Assembly (NCBI GenBank): GCA_009914755.4
Contig: CP068257.2
Location: 35,104,001-35,168,000, forward strand
Length of the DNA: 64,000 nt
Source of the DNA: the human T2T-CHM13v2.0 reference genome, Homo sapiens
Reading direction: 5' to 3'
The first letter of the stretch is position 1. Each line of letters opens with the position of its first letter. The translations under genes and the position numbers were made by a program. This document shows positions 1-15,920 of the stretch, piece by piece. The notes beneath the pieces are model-generated. The model did no database searches. It was not told the origin of the DNA and saw only the letters and a program-made list of their open reading frames with translations.

Positions 1-1206
1 TACCCCCGGTTTCATTTTACCCTGCCTGGGTCATAACCTCCCAAAGAGGGATTATAAATGAGAGCAAATGAGTCTTGGGAATATCATGAGACCCTTTCAT
101 GCCCTGTTTCTGTAGCCTTTGAGTCTGAAGCAACAAGGGCTGGAAGCATTGAGGCCGCACCTGACTCATTTCCACAGCCGGCCAAGGGGTGCAGGGGTTG
201 AGATTCCCAAGTGCTCGATTTTCTCCCCAGCTGCTCCATTTTCTCCCCAGCTGCTCCCTTGCTGACTTTCCGTGTCTGAAATGACCCCCGTTGTTTTATG
301 ATAAACCTGTGAGAAATGGGCTCTCCCCAGAACTTGGTAATTGATGACCAGTTGATGTATTTTTAGACCTGAGCTTCCACCCACCGTGCTTGTCTGGAAA
401 TGGCTGGGGCAGGCAGCCATGTTAGAGGGAAGCTTTTTGCCCAAAGACACCATCTGCAGGGGGAATTGTGGGTAAAATATGGCAGCCTCTCCAACTGGGG
501 CAGGGGGTGCCCTCTGAGGTGATTCCTGAGCTTCCACAGGGCAGTGACCTCAGGGAGGGTGGAAGACTTTGCTTCCATTCCTAGTGGTAACCTTCCTTTA
601 AAAATTCATGTATTAACCTCCACCAAAGGGCTGTTTATTTAGAGTGGAGTGACCTCGCCCTCCCTTAGAGGTCCTTCTCTATTTGTGTCTTAGAGTGCTG
701 GTGTCCCTTCCTGAAACAGAGGGTGTTTCCTTAGGGGACACATTTGCATTGACAATAGTGAGGTCAGAGATTTGCGTGGGAGGCCTGCAAAAGCAAAGTG
801 AGTGAGTGGGAAGGGCAGAGCCCTGGAGAGACAGAGACGGGGTGGTCCTTCTGGGGCTAGAAATGAGGGTGAAAGCATGGATCTGCCAAGCCTTGGGTCA
901 CACACACTCAAGTCCTGCTACCCTGAGGGAGGTCAGAGGCTTCTGGGCCTTCCTGGAGCCCACGGCCCCCAGGAGCGGGCGACGGCAGGTGGAGCTCTGC
1001 AGGGCCCATCAGGGGCCTCAGGGGTGGCCTCGTTTGGCTGCCTTCCTTTAGAGCCAAGGAAGCCACACCAGGACTGGGCTGGTGTCTCCACTGCCCCACC
1101 CAGATCTCAGCCAAGGCCGAAGATCTCTGAGCAGGGTCTGGGCACACTGAGAAGGCCTCTGGGTGCTGCATCTGGCCCTGGGAACACATTGGTGCGGTTG
1201 GAATAA

Positions 1207-1461
<255 letters not shown>

Positions 1462-2502
1462 TAGAGCTCTCCAGCAACGTGGTGCACAGTCTCTTGGAGG
1501 CTCATGTGAGAGCTGGTGTTTTAGGAGGATGTTCCAGCTGGCTGGAATTCATCGCATAAGACCCGGAATCAGTGTGGCTTAGGGCAGATTTTATTAATAC
1601 CTTGGCACTTTCCATGTGGACCAGTCCCAGTGGAGCCACCGCCTCTGGAGTTTATAGAGGCCCATCCTCCTGGGCACAGTGCAGCTGGCAGTGGTATCCA
1701 GAGCACGGACACTGCCCTTCCCCTTGGGATGCTCCACCAAGTTCCCTGCCGCCGATGACGGTGTGCACCACAATAATGCTAGCGCCCTTTCCAAGGTCCA
1801 AGGCAGAGCTTTCATCTGCGGCACCACACCTGGGCCACTCCCTCAAGCATCTCAGCTGCCCATTGGAATGAGCAGCACTGGCCCAGTTTTCTAGTCAAGG
1901 ACCAGAGGAGGGACGGCAGAAGGGGCTTGGTGGCGGAGCTGGGACTCTGAGCCCAGCCCATGCTCCTCCCTGGCTCCACGTCTCTGCCAGACACCACCGC
2001 TTGTTCTTGTTAATTCCAGAATGGAGGAGTAGGTCATGTCTCAGGGCACGAGAGTCAGCCGCCCCCCAGGGAAAAGTGGGTCGGGGGAAGTCTGTGCTGA
2101 GTGCCCCCCGCCAACACTTTTGTCCTCTCTCTGGGCTCCTTACCCTCCTCCCAGGCATCTTCACTGCCATCTCTCCAACCTCAGAGGACAGACATCATAA
2201 CCCATCAATATGAGGCTGAAAGCTGCCAGAAACTTTCTTCCAGGAGGATTTGTCTCTTAGAAAAGAAGGGAGGAGGATGGGGTGAGAGGAAAGGGCACTT
2301 TTGTGCCTTTGTCCTCTCTTTCTGGAAGGCCCCGCCCCAGCTCCCCTCTTTGACCCCACTCTGAGCTCCTCCTTTGACCTATATCTCACTGTGCTGTTAC
2401 AGTTCGGGGGACATGTTTCTTCCTTTTTGTCCCAGATACTAAGCCTCTTTGGGCCACGGTGGGGCCCCAGGAGCCAACAGACATTCTTCAGGGCACTTGG
2501 GT

Positions 2503-2793
2503 CTTTTTGTTAAGGGACAGGGTCTTGCTCTGTCACCCAGGCTGGAGTCCAGTGGTGCAATCACAGCTCACTGGAGCCTCAAACTCCTGGGCTCAAATGA
2601 TCCTCCCACCTCAGCCATCTGTGTAGCTGGGGCCACAGGCGCACGCCACCACACCCAGCTAATTTTTAAAATTTTTTGTGGAGATGGGGTCTTGCTGTGT
2701 TTCCAGGCTGGTCTTGAGTCCCTAGCCTCAGTCAATCCTCCTGCCTTGGCCTCCCAAAGTGTCAGGATTACAGACAGGAGCCACCGCGCCTGG
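2503..2793 (-). mobile_element. Alu SINE
   Basis: The sequence is the reverse complement of the Alu consensus (cctcccaaagtg...ggattacag...gccaccgcgcctgg). A poly-T tail lies at the low-coordinate end. Confidence 0.9.
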
Positions 2794-3225
2794 ATGGGAC
2801 TTGGGTCTTGACTTTTTTTTGCCACTTATTAACTGTCCGCTGTCCAATCTTAAGCAATACACAACACCATCTTGTTCTTGGTTTCCTCATCAGTAAAATG
2901 GGAGAATAGACTGGAAGGATTTTAAGATTTGTTTTAGCCCTAAAGATGATGAATGCATTCAGAAATCCTGGAGAAAGAGTTTTGGAACAGAGAACTTAAG
3001 GCTAAGATTCTTCACTGTTGTCATGATGATAATGACCCTGTCAAGATTTCACAGACTGCAGCTTGAATAAATGCTTCCAGTAGTGACGCTCGAGGCTGTA
3101 CAGATGTTTCTGTTTGACACCGAAACACTGCATTCTCGTCTGTATGGCTTTTGGCTATAGCAATTGGAAGGGCTTCTGTAGGGCCACTCTGGCTTATTAT
3201 TATGAGGAAATAAAATCTTGAATTA

Positions 3226-3571
<346 letters not shown>

Positions 3572-3861
3572 TCTACGGAAAGAATTGTTTATTTACTGGT
3601 ACAGCGTGTCGAGTGATACAGATGCCAAGTTCAATCCCATTGGAAGGTGGTAAGCAGCATCGTCAGTGATGCAAGCACTGTGGAACAAATGGTTGGCCTC
3701 CCCCAGATGCCTTTATTGTGTTACCTACTCACAGCTTGGCAGTGAGCTCATATGTATATCTCCATCATATATGACAGGGCCCTAATTTGTAGTTACTTAC
3801 AGTACAGTCAATTGGATAAGACAACCCTTATATTTTATTATGATATTTTTTGTTGTCTTGT

Positions 3862-4136
3862 GAGTTTGTTTTGTTACCCTGGCTGGAGTGCAGTGGCACA
3901 ATCTCGGCTCACTGCAACCCCCGCCTCCAGGGCTCAAGTGATCCTCCCACCTCAGCCTCCCAAGTAGCTGGAGACTATAGGCATGCACCACCATGCCCGG
4001 ATAATTTTTGTATTTTTTGTAGAGAAGGGGTTTCGCCATGTCACCAAGGCTGGTCTCGAACTCCTGGACTCAAGCAATCCCCCGACCTCGGCCTCCCAAA
4101 GTGCTGAGATGGCAAGACTGAGCCACTGCTTCCAGC
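3862..4136 (-). mobile_element. Alu SINE
   Basis: The sequence is the reverse complement of the Alu consensus. Confidence 0.9.
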
Positions 4137-4335
4137 TGTTATGTTGTTTCCTAAGAAGCACAGCTCTCCACTTCTCCTAAGCAATGAACCGGTGCCTGTC
4201 AGCACATTGGGCCGCACAGTGGAGTAGAGGCTGGGCTGGGAGATATTCTAGCATGTTTGAGAAAATGAGCCAGGAGGAGTGGGCTCCAGCCCAACCCCAG
4301 TGGCCAGTGGCTGACCCTGCCCTCTCCACTCCCAG

Positions 4336-4535
4336 GTCATCCACTGCAGTGGCTACTTGAAGATCAGGCAGTATATGCTGGACATGTCCCTGTACGACTC
4401 CTGCTACCAGATTGTGGGGCTGGTGGCCGTGGGCCAGTCGCTGCCACCCAGTGCCATCACCGAGATCAAGCTGTACAGTAACATGTTCATGTTCAGGGCC
4501 AGCCTTGACCTGAAGCTGATATTCCTGGATTCCAG
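4336..4535 (+). CDS. SIM2: SIM2 coding exon (exon 6), PAS-A domain: [66 protein letters not shown](R).
   Basis: The acceptor is ctcccag|GTC at 4331-4335 and the donor is CAG|gtgagt at 4536. The exon ends in phase 2 (AG), and the split codon is completed to AGG by the next exon. Confidence 0.93.
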
Positions 4536-4727
4536 GTGAGTTCGGCACCTGCCACAGTGGCTGTGGCCTTCTGGAAGACACCGGTGGTGGAAATGGGTCC
4601 CTGAAAGCTGCCATCTTGGCCAAATCATAACAAGGAATAAGTCATAATAGGAATGTGGATTAAGCAAAACCAATTTATGAACTGAAAGAACATATGTCAG
4701 CCTTAGGACTCAAGGGCTTGTTTTACT

Positions 4728-4822
4728 TTATTTACTTATTGATTTACTTATTTTATTTACTTATTGATTACTTATTTTATTTACTTATTGATTACTTGTT
4801 TTATTTTATTTACTTATTTGAA
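4728..4822. repeat. AT-rich minisatellite, about 3.5 copies of a ~25-bp unit (ttatttacttattgattacttattt).
   Basis: The tandem unit recurs directly. It lies 190 bp downstream of the SIM2 exon 6 donor. Confidence 0.75.
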
Positions 4823-5257
4823 TCACTAGAGTTTGAAATGAAAACATGGGCTGTGAGCACAGGTTGGGCTTTTTTGAAGGCCATGATGTCAGAGCTCTGC
4901 CTCCTGCGTCCAAGGAGGACTTTAGAACAAACAGAAAATTTCCACCCTGTGTGCGGTGTGTGGGGGGCCTTGGCACTCAGGCTGGTGTGAAGCCACCACA
5001 GGGCTGAGGCTGGGAGCAGAGACGCTATCTACCCTGGGGGATGCTCTTCCCACAGCTCATGGGTGCCCTGTCTACATCTGGGCTGGGAGGAGGGGATTGG
5101 ATGAGGTCATTTCTCCTGGCCTTGGGGAGTACCTCTCTCCAGACCCGTGCTGGAGTGGCCTTCACTCTCCCCTAGAACCGGCTGCAGTCCCAGTTTTTTA
5201 ACTGAGTCTGCAGTTAAAGTCTGAGTTTTTTAAAATTGAAGTGAATTTTAATTTTAA

Positions 5258-5570
<313 letters not shown>

Positions 5571-8379
5571 TAAGTGACAAACGCTAACTGCGTTTGGTTT
5601 TCAGGGTTTTGTGGTGTTTGTGGGGTACATTGTGATGCTTTGACACATGTCCACTCTGTGGAACCATCAAACCCCTCCCAAGTCTTGAGGCCACGTGCTA
5701 GTCAGGCCTCTTCCATGTTCTTATTTGTAAAACAGCAGCGCAGCCTGCCCACTCACTGCTAGGAAAGATGAGATTAGATAATAGACGGAAGCATTGGAAA
5801 CAGTGAAGCCTCTCTTACCTGCAAGGCCACTTTAGCTCTTGGCAGGTAGGTTCCTCAGCTGTGCAGTCGGGAATAAGCCATCAGAGACCCCGCTCCTGGC
5901 GTGGGGTGTGTGTGTGCGATGAGTCTTTGGCGGGGGGAGGAGAGATACATTTTGCTTTCTGTATGTCCAGAAGCCAGGATTTACTGTTTTCTTTTCTTTT
6001 TCACTTTTTAAAGTTGTGGTAAAATACACATCACATAAAATTGATCATTTTAACCATTTATTGATGTTCTATAGAGAAAAAACAGATCTTCCTGGTTAGG
6101 GGCAAGAGATAAAGACAGGAGTCAGTTTGGCTCCTTGTCGACACCCTTCAGGACCACTCAGAAGCAGGGTGAGTGTGTCAGGGTCACCAGCATCTTCCCA
6201 GAAACTCCAAGCAGACAGGAAACAGCGCTCTTTGGGGAAAGCTGCCAGCACCTCTGGGGACGGCCAAGAGCGACAAATGCCATTTTCCTGCCATGCAGAG
6301 GGAGGCGCTGCAGGGAGAGAAGGCAGCCAAGCTGCCCCAGCCAGGGTGGACCCCTCTGCTCCCTCTTTTCTGACTTGGGAGCCACTTCTGAGAGGTGGCT
6401 GGAAGGACATCAGCTGCCCAAAGTCATTATCAGAGACATCTAGGAGGATCCAACTGGTTTCCCCCTTGTTTCGTCTCCTAGTTTTCCTCTGGGCCTTCTA
6501 GGAAACCCCTGAGACTGATGAATTCTGGAGAACAGGAAAGAAGTGGTCTCCCCAGAGGAGAGACCTGAGGGCTTTTCAAGCCGTTCAATCCACATTGCCT
6601 GGAAAGGCAGCCAAGGGTAGAGGAGGTTGTGCCTAAAGGAGGCCTGGACAGGGCCTGGATGGGGCTTTGCAGCGCCAGAGGGGGCTCCCGCGTCTCAGGG
6701 TGTAGGGGCTGCACCCCTGGAGTGAACAGAAAAGAAGGCTGGTGGTCTTGAAGGAGACATCCTGCCTCTCCCAGATCTCTGGTTGTTCCTGCCATATCAG
6801 GAAACTTCTAGCAAAGCCTTGAGGCCTTTTCTGAGCTGCAGTCACATGGGAGGGGCTGAAAGGGGTCAGAAGAATGCTGCAGAGGCCTTCCCAGTCACCA
6901 CAGTCAGTCTGTGACCAAGGGGATGGGGCCTGGGCTGGCCCAGCCCTGGGAGGACAGCAGAGTGGCCAAGCAGGGTGGGAGATGTCCCTTCTGAGTCCAA
7001 ACCCCAGAAGCCAGACGAGGGCTTTGCCCGAAGTCCAGCGGCCCCAAGTCACAGGAGCGAGGGTGGTCGTGGGCCTGTCTGGCGCCACACCCCGCACAAT
7101 CCCAGACACAACTGAACTCGCCGTAACCTGAAATTGGGTTTGTCAGGGTTTTGTGGTATTTCTCTTTGAAACTGGAGCTGATGCTTTTGCTAAGGATGGG
7201 TGAACACAGCGATGTTTGGGGTTTGGCAGATTCCTCTGACAGGTCTTCAGACACTAGAGGCTTGGAAAAAACCGGGAGGGCACCTTGCCAAACCCCTCCA
7301 TTTCCCTTTAATTTTTAAAGCCAGTGTGTACTTTGATGAGAAACTTAATACATGTGTTTCTGATTCATTTACACGTTTGGGGCCGTTGTTCTGTAACTTT
7401 GCATCCAAAGGGTCTGGGAAGCCTCTTTCATCCCCACACGGTAGAGATGCCTGGTTTTCTTTTTGGGGGAAAACAGACGGCTCAATTTTCCTGCCACACA
7501 GAGTTAGATTCTGATGGGGCTTGAAGTTCTAGGTGGCCCTTAGGCAAGTTCCCTGAGCCCCGAATGGCTCTGGGCTCTACAAGGCCCCCTCCCCGCATCC
7601 CTCTCCCCCACCACTGCAAGCCCTGTCTCCTTCCTACCCTAGAAGGACACCATGGAAATGAGTACACCAAACAGGGAACAATTCCAGGGAAACATGAGGC
7701 TCTCCGAGATTTACGACCCAAAGCTTGAGCAGATCTTAACAGAAAGGGAAGCGGGTTAAAGAATGAAAGTGAGGTCAAGTTTTTCAGTTTAATTTACAGC
7801 TAACGTCTCCTATCCTAGCAAGGAGGGCCCCCAGCCCCAGCCCTCCCTCTTTCCCCGACCTCACCCGGCCCCCAGGACTGACTGCACCATAGCCTCGCCT
7901 GCCTTGGAATCCCTTCATCCCTCTCTCTTTCATCTGTTCTTGAAAATCTATCACCAAGATGGTGAGGACCACCTCCTTCGAGGACATGGTGCCCGGCCCC
8001 ATTGCCCAAAGCCTGGGAAACCATCGTTGCCACGTGCAGCTTCCACCTACGGCCAGAGCGATCCTGATGCGGGTGATGATGTGGTCTTGGGTACTGAGAG
8101 CCACTTTTCTTCAAAGAGCCGAAGTGGGAAATTAATATGCCCAGGGCTCGATGAGAACACAAAGGGGTTGTGTCACATAAGCCCCAGGAAAATGCTTCCA
8201 TTTCTCTAGAGAGCTTAAGGCTTTCCTTTTAGTCACAATATCTTAGGGCGTTATCCTGTCTTCTGGGGGGTCTGAACCAATCCTCCCCTCATAGGAGCCT
8301 AAAGGTCCCCAGTTATTCCGTAATTCCCAATAGTGGGAATCACCCAGCGGCAGCATCCTGAGACCATCTGTGCCAATCA

Positions 8380-8882
8380 ACAGTGTCTAGCGTGCAACAG
8401 AGGTTTAAACACTCGCACCCGCAGTAGCCAAGATGTGCAAACAACTGTCCACAGACAGAGGGATGGAGGAACCAAATGTGGTGTCTACATAAAACAGAAA
8501 CGTATTCAGTCCTAAGAAGGAATGAAGTTCAGACACATGCCTCAGCATGGATAGCCTTGGAAACATCATGCTGAGTGAAAGAAGCCACACACCAAAGGCC
8601 ACATGGTGTGCCATTGCACGGATATGAACTTTCTCGAAGAGAAAAATTCCTAGAGACAGAAAGTACAAGGGAGGCTACTGGGGGCTGGGCAGGGGACAGT
8701 GGGGAGCTGGTGTTTAATGGGGACAGAGTGTTTGGGATCATGGAAAGCTCTGGACAGGGGCAGTGATGCCTGTTACACAACACTGTGAGTGCACCAAATA
8801 CCACTGAATTGTACACTAGCGCTGGTAACCATGGTGAATTGTATATGTATATTTTACCACAATTTATAAAAAACATTCACAC
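8380..8882 (+). mobile_element. 3' end of an old L1 LINE (L1M/L1P-type 3'UTR).
   Basis: It matches the characteristic L1 3'-end blocks (...aagaaggaatgaagt..., ...catggatagccttggaaacatcatgctgagtgaaagaagcc..., ...ccactgaattgtacact...tataaaaaa). Confidence 0.7.
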
Positions 8883-9261
8883 AGGACCGTCCCCCCGAAG
8901 CCCTCCAAGAGTGGGTTCTTTCTCACCGTAGCAGCTTTCTCGCAATATCAGTATCAAAGTCCACTTGTAAGCATTCCCCGATAAGCTGAACTTGGAAAAA
9001 GGCTACAATTTTAAGCCATTCCAAACATTCTCTTAGCCGGTGGTTTCAGAAGAACATTCCCATTCATGAATAGTGCTACATCCTGCACCGGGCTCGAGTT
9101 CAAAGACTTGCTTCTTGTAAAAAAGATCATTCTCAGTTTCCAAAATCAACATTTCCCGCCTGAGCCTTTTAGCACTTGATTAGTTGGCAAAACCAATATT
9201 AGTTTAAATGAAAGGCAGTCTGCAGAGTGGCGTAACTCACTGAGCTGCCATGCCCCCACAG

Positions 9262-9368
9262 GGTGACCGAGGTGACGGGGTACGAGCCGCAGGACCTGAT
9301 CGAGAAGACCCTATACCATCACGTGCACGGCTGCGACGTGTTCCACCTCCGCTACGCACACCACCTCC
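9262..9368 (+). CDS. SIM2: SIM2 coding exon (exon 7): (R)[35 protein letters not shown].
   Basis: The acceptor is cccccacag|G and the donor is CTCC|gtgagt at 9369. The reading frame continues exactly from exon 6. Confidence 0.93.
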
Positions 9369-10072
9369 GTGAGTAGCACGCCCACCCCAGCCACGGGAGG
9401 TAGCTGGTCAGGGAGGAGGCGCTGAGGACAGAGCCGGGGGACGTGTCCCTTTTGTTGGTGCAATAATCATCCATGATACACACTTGAATCTCAAGCCCCA
9501 AGTGTGGCTTCCTCCACCCCGTGATTAAGTACGGCTGCCTGTTGTCGGTTCTCAAGCAGCCACGCGCACCCTTTCAGGGAGACTCTAGCAGGTGTAGGAT
9601 CAGGAAGTTGCCTGGATTCTAGATTGTGGATGTGGAACCTAAACTCTGTGATCTGGACACCATTTGCGAATAACAGCAACAGTGGAAGACTGCTAGTTAT
9701 GGAGCTCTTACTGCTGTCGGGCACTAAGTTTAAGTGACTAAATACATTACCAGCCCAGTGAGGGAGGGTCTCACTGTCATGATCCTCATTTTACCAGTGA
9801 GGATGCTGAGGTCCAGATAGGTTAAGCCGCTTGCCCACCTTCATACAGCTGGATGGTAGCGGAGTTGGAAGCTGAACCCACGCAGAGCCCTGCCTCCGAC
9901 TGCTATACCCCAGCCAGCTAGGGGAAGCCCAGGGAGGCCACCATTCCACGATGGGAGAGGTCATCTTGGGACGGGGTGAACAAACACCAATTTGATTTGC
10001 CAACGGAGGCGGTTTGGGAACATCAGGATATAGAGGCGGATGCTCTAGTCACTGAAATGTTTAAAGAAGTGA

Positions 10073-10399
<327 letters not shown>

Positions 10400-11256
10400 A
10401 CACACTTTCAGAATCCAAATGGAGGCAAAGACTAATTTGGATGGAGTGGAATGCCTCATCCTCCTGCTGTCCAGCCCTGCCACGCCCATGGCCAGTCGGG
10501 GGTGCTTTATAATGGGGTGCAGACAGTTAGAGGAGCTGGGTCTTCTGCAGTGTGGCCCAGATGGCATGTCCTCTGTTCTTGCTCTGCCTTCTGTTGGCTC
10601 AGGGACGTTAGAGGACAGGTTGCCAGTGTCGAGTGGGAGGGGGACGGCAGGCCCGCAGGCCGCTAGGTCCACAGATGCGTGGTGTGCTGGGCTCCGTGTG
10701 GACTGGGACCCGGGAACTCGATACTCCCAGGGTGTCGCTGTTGCTCTTCCCTCCCCAAGTCTCTATGGACAGAAACCCGTGACAACCAGGACTTATGGCT
10801 GAGCAGGCACAGACGGCTTCTTCCTTGCTCCTTGACTCATGTGGAGACTTGGAGGTGTGAACAACCCTTTTGTGTCTTTTGTTAAAGACCAAATCATGAT
10901 CTCATAACCATCTCTGTCATTCTGGAGACCAAGCTTGGTAGAGAAGCAGCTGCTTAGTGTTCGGATGGAACTTCTCCGTCGGTGTCACTAATATGGGAGC
11001 TAGAAAGTTTTCTTGAGCAAACTGGGTATGGTGTGTCAATTCTAGAATCAGATATCCAGGAGACTTGATCAGGCGGGTGTGAAGAGCAGAGTGGAGGGGC
11101 TCTGCAGTAGCAAGAGCAGTTGGGAGACGGGAGAGGCATTTGCCTCGAGGGCATAGAGCTGTGCTGTGCCCTAGAACAGTCTGGGACTTGGAGAGTGAAG
11201 GTGAGGGCTCATACCTCCACACGCTCCCCCTGCCACTGTTGGGGCGGAGGGGCTGA

Positions 11257-11706
<450 letters not shown>

Positions 11707-11762
11707 TAGACAAAAGTCTTCTTTTTAAATACCATGTCTTTTATCTCACACTGCCTGGCTAA

Positions 11763-12077
<315 letters not shown>

Positions 12078-14927
12078 CGAAGCAGGGATTTTTTTCCCCA
12101 TTTGCTTTGGAACAGTCATGAAGCCCACAGTGGTGCTCAGTCAGTGCCTCCTCTGTGTCCATCATGGGTAGATGCTTTCACTTATAGACTCTGACCTGCG
12201 GGCAGTTTGGGGAGCTGTGTCCCTCTCTTGCCCTTTTCCCAGGTGATCAGGGTGAGACTCAGGGGACACTTGTCCAAGGGCAGCAGTGGAGCTGGGGCAG
12301 GACCAAAGTCCAGCCCATTGGCTGTCGTGCTGTCAGCCGTCACCACCACACCACACCACACCACGGGGCTTAACCTTGGAGATGTGGGCTGGTGGCTGTT
12401 CTGTAGGATCCCAGCCCTCCTGAGCTTGCCTGGCTCACCAGACCCACAAGGTGATTTTCTTTGAGGGGTCTTCTGTGGTTTATATGATGAAGCCACTTTA
12501 TCTCACAGGAAGTTTCCAGATATTGAAGTTGTCCAAGGGGACTCTGAAAGGGCAAGCAGGCACAGGCTCAAAAAGGTAGGCGTGTTTAGAAATTAGACGG
12601 GGCATGGCTTTCTTTTCCAAATGAGCCAGAATTGGTAATTCAAAGAAAACAGAAAATAGCAAGATTGACAGTGATTGCTACTGTCCTGTGACTCTGACCT
12701 TAGCTGTGCTAGAGAAACAACCAGAAAAGACTGCACCCCAGCCAGGCCGGTGGGTTGGTGTGGTCTTGGAGTTCACCATGAGTGTGCCTGCCTCAGTTTC
12801 CCCTGGCAGCTTTGAGAGGGAGGGGAAGCAAGGATAGTCTCAGATGATGGGGAGTTCTTTGGTTCCAGCGTGGGAACCACCTGCAGGGCTGAGCAGCAGC
12901 CTCCCCTCAGAGCACTCAACTGGAATGTCACACGCCTCTCCAAAGCTAGAACTCTCTGGGAAGACAGTCAACTCCCAAGCAGGGTCTTCAGAGTCGGGGT
13001 CTTCATGGTATGGAGCTTTGTGATTGTGGAGGCCTCACTCTCCTTCCCAGGTACAGAACCTGGGCCAGAGGGGCCAACCCCAGGCCTCCTGTTCCTGCCT
13101 CTCCATCCCCAGGGCTGGGTGGCACCTGTTTGATTTCCTGAAACTCCAGAAGCTGCCCCAGAGCCTGGAGTTGAAGTGCAATGGTTGATTTGGACAGTGA
13201 CTAGACATGGCCAGGGGAGGACTGAGCCAGAGAAGAGAAGGAGCCACAAAGGGTGTTGTCCACTGGCTACAGCCGAGGGAGGCTGGCGCTCAACGCCGGG
13301 GATACCCCAGAGCCAGTGTCATCAAGCAGAGGGGAGAGTGAGCTGAGGTATTGATACCCCTGTGCCTGTCAGTCAGTAGCTGGAGGGCAGCTCTCAGGGG
13401 GCCTTGATTGCCTGGCTTACCCCCAACATGGTCAGGGTGGGCCCTGCCAAAGAAAGGCCTCAGTGGGGGAGAACAGGTCAGGCCAGTGGATGTGGCTGGG
13501 CCAGAGCAAGGCTGATGTCTTCACAGCCTGTCCTCAGCTTCCTCCCTGCTGGGCCTTCATCCAGGCTGTGTTAAGATGTTCTCTGTTCTAACCTTCCACA
13601 AGTTTCTCCCTTCCGAGCCCCGTCTGTCATCTTTCCCTTGTCCACAGAGGCCACGCCTCTCTCTGGGGGTCCCTGTTGGCTGACAGGAGCGTCCTTACAC
13701 CCACACCACTGCTGTGTGAGGGCTGAGGGAAGCCCATCCCCCACACTCTCCAGCTCTGTCTCCACTCCTGGCTTTGTACCAATAGCTGCTGCCTCTCCTC
13801 TTGGGGACATGTGCCCCACTGCTGCTTGGCCCCACAGAGTCCCAACCAAGGGACCTCAGGTCTGGACGATGCTTTTGTCTTGTGGTGTTTGGGTCCTGAT
13901 GGGGACTTGGGGACTGTCTTAGTGTCCCAGGCACAATTCAGCCCTCAACTAGGTCATTCCTTAATATGTCCGTATCCTCACTCAAGTTGTGGGGAGAGGC
14001 CCTTCCCATATTATAGCTGCAGAGGCCGACTTGGGGAGGACAGGGGAGAAGCTGAGAAGGTGGGAGGCCCCATTTTGAAATGGGACTTGTTAGTCCTGTC
14101 ACACAGTGCTTTGGTGGCTGACAGCCCGGCTCAGGGCCTGGCTTGAGGGAAGGGCAGTGAGGCCAGACTTCCTATTCAGCCTCCTGCCCTCCCAGGTTCC
14201 ACCAGGGTCCCCACTGTGGCCACTGCAGACCTGAGACTCAAGTCTTTCAACTCCATCAGCTAGAGCTGGCCCCGTGGCTGCCCGAGGGATGCGGGGACAC
14301 AGGCAGCCTGCCAGCTTCCCTTCCATCTGCCACAACCGAGTGTAGCTGGAGGTAGCCAGCAGTGACAGCAACCCCCGCCCGGGCCCCTCAGGACTCCTCA
14401 CAGTGAGATGCCCAGACGCATCTGTCGTGGGCAGTGGGTGAGGTCACCGAGAGCAGGAACAAAGCAGACAGCTGCCAACAGCCAGGACCCGAGTGAGGTC
14501 ACTGTCCCCTCTTCTGGGGCCTCGCTTTCCCCACACCGGTAGCCAAAAGCCAGGAACCTCTGGGGTCAGTGCCAAGGGCTCTGCAGAGGCCTGATTGGAG
14601 GTAAGAGGTGGTGGTCCGGGAGGACCAGACAGCCCGATGGTTTGCACACGTTCTTCAGAATATTATCTTCACTGGGAGCAAGAGTCCACAGGGGCTGAAG
14701 AAATCGCAGCCCCTAAAGAGAAAGAACTCCCAGCCTCCAGAAACTTGAGCTTTGTGAGGAAGAGCAGGGCCAGCAGCACAGGCTTTGGGGAGCACAGGTT
14801 TGCAGAGGTCAGGCGAGGGGGCACCTCGGACCAGAGAAGGGGGCATGCGGGCGTCATGTCGGTGTGGTCTGGGTGTCACCAGGTGAGTCTGTGAAGTCAG
14901 AGCTGTGCCACAATATTCCCCAGAACT

Positions 14928-15140
14928 AACTTCCTTCCCTTCCTTCCCTCCTTCCCTTCCCTTCCCTTTCCTTTCCTCCCTCCCTCCCTTTCTTCTTTCT
15001 TTTCCTTCTTTCTTTCTCTTTCTTTCTGTCTTTCCTCCCTCCCTCCCTTTCTTCTTTCTTTCTCTTTCTTTTCTTTCTTTCTTTCTTCCTTCCTTTTCTT
15101 TTTCTTTCTTTTTCTTTCGTTCTTTCTCTCTCTTTCTTCA
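14928..15140. repeat. (TTCC)n/(CTTT)n polypyrimidine microsatellite, ~210 bp.
   Basis: The run is visible directly. It accounts for the poly-Lys/Arg ORF seen on the opposite strand. Confidence 0.9.
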
Positions 15141-15450
<310 letters not shown>

Positions 15451-15920
15451 TAAAGAAAAGTGAACACGGGATCATCATAAATGGAACCACTGTGACCCTC
15501 CCACCCCACGCCTCACCCACCACCTGAGGTGGCTGATTAAAGGCACCATGCTCCAGCCTGGCCTCAGGAAAGCCGAGCTCTGCCTCCCCGCTTTCTTTGT
15601 TTCATGTTTGGGAGACTTTTTCTTGTATGTAGGGGGAGCTGGCAAAGGCTTGTGATCTGTTGACCCAGACCCTCAGGGGGGGCTGAGCACAGCCTGGTCC
15701 ATAGGTGGAGAAGGGATCAGTGTCAGTAAACCTGACAGTTTGTGTCATGGGACACTGGGCTGTCCATGGTTTGGAAGAACCGTGATGTCCACATGGCTAT
15801 TCTTCCAAGGTTGTTGAGAATTTCACCCGGCTCTCTAGGTAGGCTCCTGCCCAGAATGGGCCAAGCCCAGACCACAAAGAGAACACAGGCCATGTGCAGC
15901 TGTTAAAACATTTCAATGTC

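Noticed and set aside
216-258. A tandem duplication of a 22-bp unit (attttctccccagctgctcc, two copies).
   Set aside because: The duplication is real but trivial. It is a short intronic microduplication with no obvious functional implication.
4177-4623. A 148-aa ORF on the minus strand, antisense to SIM2 exon 6.
   Set aside because: It is an antisense frame over a real coding exon. It has no splice sites or known homologue, and the sense-strand SIM2 assignment is unambiguous.
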